Part shown: piece after piece, positions 11,154 to 22,254 of the stretch | Layout: each line of letters begins with the position of its first letter | Numbering within the stretch: position 1 is the stretch's first letter | From: Cyanidioschyzon merolae | Lineage: Eukaryota | DNA length: 64,000 nt | Strand: one strand, 5' to 3' | NCBI GenBank assembly: GCA_000091205.1 | Contig: AP006502.2 | Position numbers and translations under genes: made by a program | The notes under the pieces: model-generated | Seen by the model: the letters and a program-made list of their open reading frames with translations, nothing else | Database searches by the model: none | What the model was told of the DNA's origin: nothing

Positions 11154-13538
11154 TTAGCACTTCCATCGATTTCCACAGTGTGTGCACGTCACAAACGTCG
11201 TCATCGGTTCATCTGCGGAGCGTGTTTGCATTTGGAAATAGGTGCAGGAACGTTGACCGCATTTGCCACAGCGGAACTGATCCGTACTTGCTGCTTGTGG
11301 AATACCCCTTTGTTTGTGGAAGAGCATTCGTTCAGCAATTTCCGCTTCCCGCTCCCGCGCCTGCTCTGTTTTCAACGCTTCAGCGCTCATATCCACGAGC
11401 TCCGCTGGCGACAGCTCTTGTCGCAGTAGACGCCACCGCAGGTCCGCGTTTCGCCGTAGGTTTGCTTTCAGTTCCCGATACTTGGCACTATAGTCCGGGC
11501 GGGCAAAGTCGAAAGAGAACTTTGCATTCAGCGCCCGTTCTAGTTCGATACAAAGGGAACGACACAGATTGATTGTAGCTGCGTTCACGTGCTCTGTAGG
11601 TGTTGCCTCTTCAGTTGCTGCTGCGATGAAAACGTCAGTCAGCGCTCGCACGATATCTCCGCGTTTTCCGGGCGGCAGTGGTAACGCTGACACCATTGGC
11701 TCCGTCTGCATACGGTCTGAATGCTGCTGTTGCTGCTGATCACCGTCTACCTCGGTTGCGTTGGCAGTGTTCCACGCACTCTCCAATGTCGACACAGGTC
11801 CAGCGTCGAAGGAGCCGGTCTCTGTAGCGACCTGCTGCACTGCCGCGAACGCGCCTTCACGGCCAGCCGCATCCGCTACCCCGGCAACAGACCCGTGCAC
11901 GTCCATCCTGGCGTCAGCAGTTGTATGCAGGCTAGGCCCGAGGTCGTCGGGTTGTACACGACCAGCACCATTCAACCCCGATCGCGCGTTTGTCGCATCG
12001 TTTGGAGCGGCGAGCAGTTCGGAACCCGAGCTACTCGGATCGCGCGTTTGAAGCCGCTCGGACTCGCCAGTCGGCAACAGGGACGGCTCCTGCGACTCGC
12101 GCTGTGCCTCCGTAACGATGGCTTTCCATTTGCTGATAATCTCCTCGGCAAGCCGCCCGATCACTGCACTCTTCCCGTGAAGGCTCCTGCCGAGCGTCTT
12201 GATGGGCTTCCCAGCTCGACTCGTTCGAAGAACCTCCAGCGTTACCTGATATCGCAGTAATTCCGCAAGCTGAAGGGCGATTCTTCGCTCCTCGAGCTCA
12301 AAGGCCTCGGCGGCTCGCGCAGCGGCCAGACGGAGATCCTCTAACTGCGCAGCACACTCGCGATATTTGCTGCACCGGTCGCTCCAGGCCTGATGCAGCT
12401 CAGAGAGCATCGCCGAACGCTCTTCCAGGCCGTGCACAACGCGTGTGAGGTCCTCAGCACCAATACTTCGTCGACTCGTGAGGCCTGTTGCACTTGCCCG
12501 AATCGCGTCAAGCGTTAACGGGGTGGGTTCCGGCGGTGCGGGCGGATACTTCTCAAGCTTGCGCTCGAGGAGAGCCAAACGCGCTTTCATCTGTGCGTTC
12601 TGCTGGCGCAGTGCAGCCAGCTGACGACTGTGTTCGGTTCGGCTCGCTCCAGTGCCGTGACTGGAGCTTCCGGCTCCACGACTACGTTCCGCCATGCGCA
12701 CTTGCTGAGCATTCCCGGTACCTAGGGAGCCTGGTGAGGCTCCCGCCGGCCCACTGGCAGTCCCAGAAGAGATGCCGTCGGACAGAGGCGTCCACTCGGT
12801 GCCGGTGGACGACTTGCGTTTGTGTGCCCGTCGCTTGTTCGGGTCGTGAGAGCGATCCAGCGCTCTGCGCTCAGCGGTACTCTCGGATGAGGCTTCGTCG
12901 ATTCGTGCGGGGTACGCGTCACGACACTTGGCACTGCCGTCGTCGCCCTCCGAGAGGTCATGCTCTGGCTCGGATACGGCATACTCGCTGGAACTCGCAG
13001 CAGTCTCGGTTCCATCGGAGTCCTCCGCTGGTATCTTGCGTCTCTGCTTTAGGCGCCTCCGCGTAGCCGTGGCCTCGCTTGGGTCCGAGTCCAGAAACCC
13101 AGCACGCTTGTCACTGGTCGCGTGGTCCGCTGCTGCCGCAGACGCTGTCGAAGCGGGAGCCACACGAGCACCACGCAGCGTCGACGCTGCTTCCGTCAGT
13201 GCAGCATCCGTAGCAGCGGCATCCGTTGTAGCAGCTGTCACGGTTTGCATGGCTGCTGTGCTCAACGCGCCCTCTTCAATTGCCTCGGCTATAGCCTTCC
13301 GCACTGCATCGTAGAAGCGGTGCGTTGGTTTCACGCACTTGTCCATGTTCTCCGCGAACGCGACCAGGTTCTCCCGTGTCACCCAGGCATGCTGACTATC
13401 GTTAAAAAAGTTGACATTAAAGCGATTCCCTTTCCGGTGGTTCCCTTTAGCGTCAGGCGCGATGACACCCGGCCACCAGGGGTACGACGGGAGCTTCGCC
13501 CACACGAACGCGCCGAGGTACGGCTCCCAGTCGGACAT
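11154..13538 (-). CDS. PWWP-domain / TFIIS-type transcription elongation factor fusion (794 aa)
   Basis: The N-terminus 'WEPYLGAFVWAKLPSYPWWPGVIAPD' is a PWWP domain. The C-terminus 'CGKCGQRSCTYFQMQTRSADEPMTTFVTCTHCGNRWKC' is a canonical TFIIS domain-III zinc ribbon with the intact acidic hairpin RSADE. The central region (about residues 560-700) is TFIIS-central-like. Confidence 0.75.
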   Translation of the reverse strand: MSDWEPYLGAFVWAKLPSYPWWPGVIAPDAKGNHRKGNRFNVNFFNDSQHAWVTRENLVAFAENMDKCVKPTHRFYDAVRKAIAEAIEEGALSTAAMQTVTAATTDAAATDAALTEAASTLRGARVAPASTASAAAADHATSDKRAGFLDSDPSEATATRRRLKQRRKIPAEDSDGTETAASSSEYAVSEPEHDLSEGDDGSAKCRDAYPARIDEASSESTAERRALDRSHDPNKRRAHKRKSSTGTEWTPLSDGISSGTASGPAGASPGSLGTGNAQQVRMAERSRGAGSSSHGTGASRTEHSRQLAALRQQNAQMKARLALLERKLEKYPPAPPEPTPLTLDAIRASATGLTSRRSIGAEDLTRVVHGLEERSAMLSELHQAWSDRCSKYRECAAQLEDLRLAAARAAEAFELEERRIALQLAELLRYQVTLEVLRTSRAGKPIKTLGRSLHGKSAVIGRLAEEIISKWKAIVTEAQRESQEPSLLPTGESERLQTRDPSSSGSELLAAPNDATNARSGLNGAGRVQPDDLGPSLHTTADARMDVHGSVAGVADAAGREGAFAAVQQVATETGSFDAGPVSTLESAWNTANATEVDGDQQQQQHSDRMQTEPMVSALPLPPGKRGDIVRALTDVFIAAATEEATPTEHVNAATINLCRSLCIELERALNAKFSFDFARPDYSAKYRELKANLRRNADLRWRLLRQELSPAELVDMSAEALKTEQAREREAEIAERMLFHKQRGIPQAASTDQFRCGKCGQRSCTYFQMQTRSADEPMTTFVTCTHCGNRWKC

Positions 13539-14037
13539 AGCTCAGTTTCCAACGAGACCGTTCGTGAACCCTGTTGTTATTGATTGAGGAGCACAAGCAC
13601 CGGATCAAAAGGCACAACGGGAAAACGTGCACTTGAAGCAACGCCAGACCCCGGCGCGTACTCGAAGCACCACAGCGGCAGTACAAGTCGAACGCGTTCG
13701 TGCAGGTCGTCGACACAGCGCGCTGCCGTGCCTGGGCGACGTTGCCCTAGCGGCCGTGCGGTATGCCCAGCGTCGCAGGTAACAGCAAGCAAGCACTTGT
13801 TCTTCGCTCTGGGACTGTTAAGACTGCCCTGCTGATCGGAGAGACGGTGTTCAGGGCGCTGCTGGGCTTCGTTCGTGGCCGCAGTGTGACTTGCGTACCG
13901 CACCCGACCAGTGCGCTAGCGCAGGAGGCTGCATCGTTGTTGACTCGCGTGCAGGGCGCACGCTCGACGACCCAGGAGCTACGAAGCGGGACGCTGCTGT
14001 CTAAGCGAAAACGGTCAACGTTTCCGAACGTTCTGCT

Positions 14038-15618
14038 ATGCATATAGATCAGACGGGATCAGCGTACTGTGCGGCAGTTGCAGCTCTGCGGCGGGAGCGC
14101 TTCCGAAACCTCGGGGCAGCGGTGAGCCTCGTTCATGCTGCAGGGGCGCTTCTGGTGGAGGCCTGCGTCCTGCTGCCCCGCCGGACAGCAGGAACAGCAG
14201 CAGCGACGTTCATAAGACTGTTATTTGTGGCGTGTAGCGTGCCCTTTTTTCTCGTCGGCTCGCTGATCGGCAGTGACTGGTATGCAACGGCACGGCGGCC
14301 GGCTCGACGCCGTGTTGCGTTGTCGCTGTTGGTGGCAGCGGGTGCACTTCACCAGGTCGCCATCCTGGGCTCACTGCAGCCGCTGCTTCCATGCTCGGCA
14401 CGAAGCAAGCGCTTGATACCTCTCTCGGATGGATTGATACTCGGTGCCTTGTGTGGATGGTGGTTTTGGCTCGTGTTTGATCGAGCGGAGCGTTTCGCTT
14501 TCGAGCTACCGCTGCTGGCAACGAAGCGAATGACTCGACTCCTGAGCGCACTGCGTTCTCTAAGACACCCGCGCAGTCCTATTCTGGGGCGTAGCTATAT
14601 GCCGAGGATCGTTGCCGGGTTCGGCCTGTTCGTGATAGCGCTTAGAGTGCACCGCAGGGCGTCATTGTGGGCAAATCTGTTCTTCCTATCGACGCTGATG
14701 CTCTCTGCATGCCTCATGGTACTACTGTGGAGCGCACTGCTCCAGCTCGTGCAGGTATGGATGACGAGTCCAGTCACGCTAGGAGGAAATTCATCGCTTG
14801 GGTCGCATCACAGAGGGAAACGAGCTTCAGTGACTGTCGCGAGGTTTGAGCATGCGCTCCGTAATCGAGTCGCTGCGACGCTGTCTCTGTCACCGCAACG
14901 CCAGTCGACACCGAAGCGGACCGCTATCGCCTCGGGCGCTGGTGAAGAGCTCCTCTGTTTGGTGCTGGAACACAGCGTACATTTTGGTCACGTCGACATG
15001 TTTCTGTACGCACTCTATGATTTGGAACGTGTCGCTCTCTTCGTTCCAGAGCGGAGACGACGATTGTTTGCGGATCCTCATGGCCGAGTTCTGCTCGCAT
15101 TGCTTGACATTTGTTTGGCCATTCTTGAACCGGGGGCGCTCGTGGAACGGTACACCGCTCCCAAGGACCAAAAGCAGCAGCGCCTCAGCCGAACGCGGCA
15201 CGTGTATCGACTTTCAAACGCTGGCTTGTTGCACGCCTATCGCATGACGGCTACCTCGCTGGGCGCCTTGATCTTGCACAGCAGTCATGAAGATCCATTC
15301 GGACTCGTCCAGCGTCGCACTGGGCTGACACAACAGCGCTTGGAACAGCTTGCTGCAGCGCTTACCGCGATTCGATCGCGTTGTGGTACGCTGCGACCTC
15401 GACCTGGTCTAGAGCAAGCAGCGTTCAACGCTTTATGCGATACCCTGCAGCGATGTCGAGCTTGGGCAGCTGTCGAGGCAGCACCGACCTGCACAGGGAC
15501 ATTGACGCATTCCTCAACGATGCCACGGGTTTGGCGCGAGTGGCCAACGTCTATCGAGGAGGCTGCTCGGCACCTGGAGCAGGTGCGAGCTTTTCTGACG
15601 CATCACACGCTCAAGTAA
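14038..15618 (+). CDS. Hypothetical membrane protein (526 aa; several hydrophobic helices in the N-terminal half)
   Basis: Long ORF with multiple TM-like segments ('LLFVACSVPFFLVGSLIGSDWY', 'LSLLVAAGALHQVAILGSL', 'GFGLFVIALRV', 'LFFLSTLMLSACLMVLLWSALLQLV'). No recognisable catalytic motif. Confidence 0.35.
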   Translation: MHIDQTGSAYCAAVAALRRERFRNLGAAVSLVHAAGALLVEACVLLPRRTAGTAAATFIRLLFVACSVPFFLVGSLIGSDWYATARRPARRRVALSLLVAAGALHQVAILGSLQPLLPCSARSKRLIPLSDGLILGALCGWWFWLVFDRAERFAFELPLLATKRMTRLLSALRSLRHPRSPILGRSYMPRIVAGFGLFVIALRVHRRASLWANLFFLSTLMLSACLMVLLWSALLQLVQVWMTSPVTLGGNSSLGSHHRGKRASVTVARFEHALRNRVAATLSLSPQRQSTPKRTAIASGAGEELLCLVLEHSVHFGHVDMFLYALYDLERVALFVPERRRRLFADPHGRVLLALLDICLAILEPGALVERYTAPKDQKQQRLSRTRHVYRLSNAGLLHAYRMTATSLGALILHSSHEDPFGLVQRRTGLTQQRLEQLAAALTAIRSRCGTLRPRPGLEQAAFNALCDTLQRCRAWAAVEAAPTCTGTLTHSSTMPRVWREWPTSIEEAARHLEQVRAFLTHHTLK

Positions 15619-17748
15619 CAAGTGCAACGTTCGGGCGTTTATCGCTGTGAGTCCGCTGCATTCTGCTGGATGTTCAGACGCTTTTATGGTAAAAAAGTGC
15701 AAATACAGCTGATCAGGTGGGTCCAGTACGCGCCCCAAAGCAGCCTGGTGCCAAGCGCTGCGTCGCCGACGAAAGCGACGCCTGGAAGTAAGTGCAGCGT
15801 TGCTCCGGCGGACGCGTCAGTCGCCTGCTCTGGTTCAGTTCCGCGTCTGGTAGACAGTGCCGTACTGGCGCTGTGGACGAGGCGTGCGGCCTCAAGCGCT
15901 TCGAGGTCAGCGTTGGTATCGCGACAGGAGAGTGCGGGCGAAATGCACTTGTGTTCGTGAAGCACAGACTTGATGCCTACACGCCCGTGTCAGCATCGAA
16001 TGGAGCGGATGCTTTTTAACTCGGGCGTGCTCGTTCATGTTTGGATGTCTTCCAATGGTACTCTGTGTAAGTTTGGGGGGCTTTTCGTAGGCTGCTTCCG
16101 CTCCCTCTTTTTCATCAACGATATTCGAGATGCCGTTCGCTCATGGGCCTCTGGCTCTGATGCCTGCAGTGGCGGTCACCTGGTGGTAGCGTGAACGATC
16201 CGATATCGATGGTTTCCGGCCATTGCAGACACGCTGGATGCATAGGCAAAAGTTACGATCTGCACATTTCCTCGCAAGTTCCGTCGCCTTTACATACAGC
16301 CTCGGTGCGCACTTGACAATGGTGACACTCGAATATAAGCTGAGGACTTCCCGTGTGCCTACCAGAACGCATTCTTCACTGAGTTTCATCCCGCGGCAGA
16401 TGACGATCTACTTCATCGCTGGATCCATGCGTTTCATGGGAAACGAGTTTTCCGTCGATGCGCTCCTCGGTTTCAGTGCCCGATGCGGTAGCGTATGATT
16501 ACGCGCTTTTTTTCGGAGGCAATTCGTTCCATGAGTACGCTGTCAGAGGCGCGCGCTGAGGTCCACTGTTCCATTCGATAAAGCAGTCGCGTAACGCGAC
16601 GTTGTCCATACCGAAACAAGCACCGATAGTTGAATCCAGTCTGGAGAAGACCAAAAAATCTGGAGCAGTCTACGCGCCCTTGCTCGAAAGCAGTGGCACA
16701 CGCTGCACTCGAAGCGATCGCTCCAATGACTCAGGTCCGAGTCCAAGATCCTTGTTCATGAAAACCGAAGCAACCGGGAGCCTTTGGATGCATATCTCGT
16801 GAAAGGGACGATGATGTTCTCGAATGCCGTTCCTTGGATGGCCATCAAGAGATATAGAAAATCGCCTTTTGAACGAGATGGATGATTCAACATCATATGC
16901 TCTTTGAATGTTCGGCATGATACCGTGAGCTGGTTGTCAAAGTACGCCGCAGATTGTTTTCCGTCGCTATTCCAGCGACCTCCGTTGCAGCGCCCGCAAC
17001 TTGTCTTGAAGCCGAAAGATAGAAAGACTTTCATGTTCGGTTTGAGCTTGCAGCTTATGAGGAAAGAGGAAGCACGGATGCTTGTATTTATGAATCGAAT
17101 GATGATATCGATTATTTTACGAACGCTTGTTCCGCGGCACTGCGGATCACATCTCGATTCTGGTAACGTAACGAGCTCCAGCAGCAACGTGTTGAACGAG
17201 TATTCCCGAAAAGAAAACGATCGAGCATCGTGAAACTCCACATGCATCCGCACGCCCGTTTCGCTACGCGTCGGATATTCAGGCTGAACATGAAAAATAG
17301 TTGGGGCAAACATCTCAAGGCGGGCACAGCGCGAGCAGTCCAGTACTCCATTTTACATGGACCCCGTGAGCAGACGCTCTCCTCAGTGCGGATATCTATC
17401 GAGTTATCGGGGATTACTGGCCACCATCAACGTCCTGTCGATTACAAGAAAAAGCACAACTACGAGCGCTGTTTTTCCTCTGGCACATTCTATTGGTCTA
17501 TCCGTTTTGAGATAAATTCTATTCGACCCGAATACCGGGATAGCTCGCGTCGCTGCTGTTCGTGAACACAGCTTCCGCAGGTCCCTCTACCCATGTATCG
17601 CTCGGGTTACCAGAGCGTACTGCACGCTCCGTAGTGACAACGAAACATATAGACAGGCTTCTGTTTGTAGTTCATCTGGTCTCCTAATCAACAGTCCAAA
17701 CTCCACGGGAACGAAGCGCTTTATCAAGGATACTCGAGAGAGCTGCTG

Positions 17749-17778
17749 ACCACCACCACCACCACCACCACCACCACT
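17749..17778. repeat. (CAC)n microsatellite, ~9 units
   Basis: 'caccaccaccaccaccaccaccaccac'. Confidence 0.95.
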
Positions 17779-17832
17779 GCCGGGACACGACTGGTGTCCC
17801 GCTGGCCTGCTCCGCTGCCGCCCGCGGTGGTG

Positions 17833-20001
17833 TCATCGTCGTCCCTGTTGCTGCCGCCAGGGTACTGTCCCGGCCGGTAGGGAGCTCTTTGGCGAGAGCC
17901 GGTCTCCTGGAAGCGGGATGGTGTTGGTCGTCGCCGGGCGCCCCAGTCTACGCAGGACGTCGGCTACGGCTGCATCGAGGTCGGTACGTGTGCTGCGAAC
18001 TGTCTCTGGCACGAGGCGCTCGCGTCGCATCTCCGCTGCCAATACGGCAACATACTTGTCCAGTCCAGTATCGATAATATCGGATAGCGAAAACGTTGGT
18101 TTCGATGGTTTCGTCGACGGTTTCCGGGGGCGTTCGCCCGACCACCAGTTCATGGACGAGCGACTATACGTTCGACGGTTCACGCTCTGAGCGGGTTTCG
18201 GCCGGCTGGCACCCACGAGACTTGTCCACTCGGGAAGATGCGGTACTGCACTCTGGGTACGACGGCCTCGCCAGCGGCGGTTCACTGGGTCCGCCGGCGT
18301 CGTCTGCTCCGTACTGGGTACAGTCGACGTAAATGTCTGATCCGACTGCTCCCCCAGCGTCATTCCCAACAGCTGTGCCGCTACACGTGCCTGTCGGTAG
18401 TGACGCTGGATCGGTCCAGTCGGCAGTGATCGTACCGGAGCCGGTGATCGTGCTTGATCGATGACACCGGGTTCCGTTGGTGCCGCCTCAGCATCGTACA
18501 CTTCGGAGGTGCTTGGCAGAGCGTCAGGTGACGTCGCTGTCGTTGTGCGTTCATCCTGGGATGAAAGCGTCGTGTCCGGTGCGGTGGACATGCTCGTGAT
18601 CGAGTTCGTATCGTCATCATCCGCACCAGGAGCAGCACCTGCAGCGTCAGCTCCCGGATCATCTTCTGAAAGCCGATGCTCGTTCGAATCTCGATCCTCG
18701 ATGAAATCATGGTCATCATGAGGCAACGAGTCCAATGGATGGTCACGCTTCCCAGTGCCGTGCGTCGAGGAGGACGGCTTCGACCCGGACGACAGAACCG
18801 AGGCGTCCAACGCTCGCTTCTCACCAAACCATCCGTCATTGGAACCAGTTCGTATCCGAATGCCTGGCAGGGAAGTGTGTCCATGTTGATGCTGGTACCA
18901 ATCAGGTGGCAAGCCCTTGTCCCAGGACGTCGACGGGTGCGGAACGAGCGCTGCCGTCGCCGCATCCGCCGTATTCGTCTCGACGCTGCGTGGCATGGTA
19001 GCCATCGAAGGTGCTCGAAAGGCTACATCACGCTTCGCGGGAGCACCACGCTTATCAGCTGTACTTTCCCGATACATAAACGCTTCAGCGTCGTCATGAA
19101 GAGCAGACTCGGCTGGGGTCGCAAGCGCCAGCGACGTCCGGTAGCCGATGTCGCGGTCTCTCTCGCCGGTGCCGACCGTACCAGCCACCAGACCATCTCC
19201 GAGATATCCATACCTTGGTCCATCTCTAGCGTCTTGGTCGTGTTCTATCATACTTTCGTGATCATCGCCATCCGAGTTGAAATCTGAGAGATCGCTCTCA
19301 TCCGTAAACGCCTCGGGGGCGCTTCCCGTCACTACACGTTCCTGTGCATGGCTCTGCTGATCAGCAGCGCGCTCCTGCTTGTGGCAATTATCTTCATTGC
19401 GGATTAGAGCGAGTGCTCGCGCTCTATTCGCAGAGGCGCCTGTCGCAGGACTGTTGTCAAACGACTCGTCTGTGCTCGTTGAGGGCGCCCGCAGCGGCCG
19501 TCCCAGGCCGCTCTGGAGAATGCTTTGCGCAACCGGTTGTCGCTTGAACGTTCTGGAACCTTCATTCTGGCGAATCGTCAACGTAAAGCGCAGCAGCGCA
19601 GTAGTATAGCTCTTCTCCAGTGGCAAGTGAGTCGTGTGCGTACCCTCGATGCCCGCATACTGAGCGAGGTCGACCTGCAACTCCCCGATGCACACTGTTT
19701 GGGTGCTTCTCCCAAAAGGTATCGTCCTTTTCACCTTCAAGCTCAGGAAAAAGGGAGCGAGTACAGAATCTTCGCTACCACGAGCCATCAGTGTCGCTTG
19801 AAAGCGCAGGGACTCGTTCCAGACGACGCGGTGGTTCTCCACGGGTCGGTCCGAGGTAAAGCCTCGCCACTGCACGTGCTGACGGAAGAGGCCCGCTCTA
19901 AACGCCTTTAGTTTCACATGGAAGACACCAATGCTATCAGGCACGGCCAGGAGCTCACAAATATCGAGGCGGACCAAGAAAACTCGCTTTTGGCGGTCCA
20001 T
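17833..20001 (-). CDS. NT-C2 (EEIG1/EHBP1 N-terminal C2) domain protein with a long low-complexity tail. The ORF extends to 20289, but the probable start is the ATG at 20001 ('MDRQKRVFLVRLD').
   Basis: N-terminal 'VFLVRLDICELLAVPDSIGVFHVKLKAFRAG...VVWNESLRFQATL...FFLSLKVK...CIGELQVDLAQYAG' matches the NT-C2 architecture. The remainder is S/T/D/P-rich. The upstream in-frame stretch encodes poly-Ala from a GCT/GCA repeat. Confidence 0.5.
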   Translation of the reverse strand: MDRQKRVFLVRLDICELLAVPDSIGVFHVKLKAFRAGLFRQHVQWRGFTSDRPVENHRVVWNESLRFQATLMARGSEDSVLAPFFLSLKVKRTIPFGRSTQTVCIGELQVDLAQYAGIEGTHTTHLPLEKSYTTALLRFTLTIRQNEGSRTFKRQPVAQSILQSGLGRPLRAPSTSTDESFDNSPATGASANRARALALIRNEDNCHKQERAADQQSHAQERVVTGSAPEAFTDESDLSDFNSDGDDHESMIEHDQDARDGPRYGYLGDGLVAGTVGTGERDRDIGYRTSLALATPAESALHDDAEAFMYRESTADKRGAPAKRDVAFRAPSMATMPRSVETNTADAATAALVPHPSTSWDKGLPPDWYQHQHGHTSLPGIRIRTGSNDGWFGEKRALDASVLSSGSKPSSSTHGTGKRDHPLDSLPHDDHDFIEDRDSNEHRLSEDDPGADAAGAAPGADDDDTNSITSMSTAPDTTLSSQDERTTTATSPDALPSTSEVYDAEAAPTEPGVIDQARSPAPVRSLPTGPIQRHYRQARVAAQLLGMTLGEQSDQTFTSTVPSTEQTTPADPVNRRWRGRRTQSAVPHLPEWTSLVGASRPKPAQSVNRRTYSRSSMNWWSGERPRKPSTKPSKPTFSLSDIIDTGLDKYVAVLAAEMRRERLVPETVRSTRTDLDAAVADVLRRLGRPATTNTIPLPGDRLSPKSSLPAGTVPWRQQQGRR

Positions 20002-20190
20002 GCGACTCGGAAAGCGAAGCTGTTGCAGCGGCAGAGGCAGTGAGCGCCCACTGGGAGCCGTCCAAACACCCACTGGGAGCTGGCGGATGCTAGGAGCCCA
20101 CGGACTCTCGACTCCTCTCAGAGCGAGTACGCTTTGCAGCAGTTCACAAAGTTGTATGTGTCTGCTACGGCGCTCACAGCCCTCGTTCGT

Positions 20191-20225
<35 letters not shown>
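20191..20225. repeat. (CAG)n / (GCT)n microsatellite, ~11 units. It lies in the upstream in-frame part of the NT-C2 gene ORF, where it would encode poly-Ala.
   Basis: 'agcagcagcagcagcagcagcagcagcagcagc'. Confidence 0.95.
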
Positions 20226-20229
<4 letters not shown>

Positions 20230-20608
20230 AAACGTGAGCTTCGGGTCGACTGCTCCGCGCCGAGCCAGGTGCCAGCTGGTGTAGGGCACTGCACGAGGGT
20301 ACCGTTTCGTAGCGCCGAAGCGTGCCCCAACGCGTTGTCGTTCGTGTCATGGACACTGCTACTGACGAATCAAGCACGGATCGGGCGTCCGTGCGCAAGA
20401 GATAACGATTTCTCATGTGGTATAGCGACTGGCACCGTTTGCTGGCCAGGTGCACCCTGTCGGGGCAACGAGGTGCTTCTGGACCTGGTGTTCGCGGGTT
20501 GCAAGCCCGGTTCACTCGGCGTCACAACGAAGCGAGTTTGTGACTGCACTGCAACACGCAAGTGGTGGGAGTGGAACAGCTTAAAATCAAGCGACGATGT
20601 GCATTCCT

Positions 20609-21955
20609 TTAGTATTCTTCCTCTTCCTCGTTGGTGTCTGCTGCGACTTCGATGTAGTCTTTCTCGAGCGCGGCGAGGTCCTCACGCGCTTCGCTAAACT
20701 CGCCCTCCTCCATTCCTTCACCAACGTACCAGTGCACAAAGGCCCGCTTGGCATACATGAGGTCGAACTTGTGGTCGATGCGCGCGAATACCTCAGCGAT
20801 GGCTGTTGAGTTGCTCACCATGCAAACCGCACGCTGCACCTTGGCGAGGTCACCATTCGGAACGACCGTGGGCGGCTGCGAATTGATACCAACTTTGAAA
20901 CCGGAGGGGCACCAGTCCACAAACTGGATGCTACGCTTGCTCTTGATCGCTTTGACAGCGGAATTAACATCCTTAGGCTGGACATCGCCGCGATACATCA
21001 GACAACAAGCCATGTACTTGCCGTGCCGCGGGTCGCACTTGGCCATCATGTTGGCGGGATCGAAGGCAGCTGAGGTGATTTCGGCGACGCTGCCCTGCTC
21101 GTGGTGAGCTTTTTCGGCGGATATAACTGGCGCATAACTCGACAGCATGAAGTGAATCCGAGGATACGGTACTAAGTTGGTTTGATACTCGGTCAAGTCC
21201 ACGTTGAGCGCGCCGTCGAAACGAAGCGATGCCGTCAGCGAAGAGATAACTTGGGCGATGAGGCGATTCAGATTCCGATACGTTGGCCTCTCGATGTCCA
21301 GGGATCGCCGACAGATATCATAGATAGCCTCGTTATCGAGAAGCACGGCCACATCCGTATGTTCCAGCAGCGCGTGGGTGGACAGCACAGAGTTGTAGGG
21401 CTCCACTACAGCAGTGCTGACTTGTGGCGACGGATACACTGTAAATCCGAGCTTGCTCTTCTTTCCATAGTCCACCGATAAACGCTCCAAAAGGAGCGAG
21501 CCTAGACCGGATCCAGTGCCTCCGCCAACTGAGTTGAAGATCAGAAATCCTTGCAGCGCAGAGCAGTTATCCGCCAGTTTTCGTATGCGATCGAGAGCCG
21601 TGTCTACTATCTCCTTCCCTACAGTGTAGTGGCCCCGAGCGTAGTTATTGGCAGCATCCTCACGCCCGCTCATCAGCTGTTCTGGGTGGTACAGCTGGCG
21701 GTAAGGGCCGGTGCGCACCTCGTCTACAACAGAGGGCTCCAAATCCAGGAACAAGCAACGAGGAACATGTTTTCCAGATGAGGTCTCAGAGAAGAAGGTC
21801 CCGAAGGAAGCGTTATTGGCAGCTGCGATCGCCGAGTCGCGGCTAGCCATCGTGCCGTCGGGAAGGATACCATGCTCTAAACAGAAGAGCTCCCAGCAGG
21901 CGTTCGCCACCTGCACACCAGCTTGTCCTATATGGAGTGATATAACCTCGCGCAT
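20609..21955 (-). CDS. TUBA: Alpha-tubulin (448 aa, divergent)
   Basis: '[30 protein letters not shown]', '[25 protein letters not shown]', '[35 protein letters not shown]'; C-terminal 'EEEEEY'. Single uninterrupted ORF. Confidence 0.95.
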   Translation of the reverse strand: MREVISLHIGQAGVQVANACWELFCLEHGILPDGTMASRDSAIAAANNASFGTFFSETSSGKHVPRCLFLDLEPSVVDEVRTGPYRQLYHPEQLMSGREDAANNYARGHYTVGKEIVDTALDRIRKLADNCSALQGFLIFNSVGGGTGSGLGSLLLERLSVDYGKKSKLGFTVYPSPQVSTAVVEPYNSVLSTHALLEHTDVAVLLDNEAIYDICRRSLDIERPTYRNLNRLIAQVISSLTASLRFDGALNVDLTEYQTNLVPYPRIHFMLSSYAPVISAEKAHHEQGSVAEITSAAFDPANMMAKCDPRHGKYMACCLMYRGDVQPKDVNSAVKAIKSKRSIQFVDWCPSGFKVGINSQPPTVVPNGDLAKVQRAVCMVSNSTAIAEVFARIDHKFDLMYAKRAFVHWYVGEGMEEGEFSEAREDLAALEKDYIEVAADTNEEEEEY

Positions 21956-22254
21956 GATAGATTGTATTCGTTGTGAAGCTTTTCAGACACTAAACACTCA
22001 CCAGAGGCGACTATTCACCGAACCTCCGTCGAATGGTTAGGCAGCACGAAAACTCCAAACCGGAACGCTGAAAAATGGCGCGGGATATTCGAATAGCAGA
22101 CACCTGACGCGTTTCGCCGTTCAAAAATCGAACGCCGCGGCCCGCGGTGTGCAGGAGTGGCGATCGGCGCGCCCTAGACATAACGCCTCCAACTGATGTG
22201 CAGACGCCTCCCAGCCTTTTGGACCGGCCAGCCACTACTGCTTCCAATCTTGTC

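Noticed and set aside
20118-20697. ORFs 20134-20697 (+) and 20174-20515 (-) encoding poly-Ser/poly-Cys/poly-Leu runs
   Set aside because: These are just alternative-frame readings of the (CAG)n microsatellite between the NT-C2 gene and alpha-tubulin, not separate genes.
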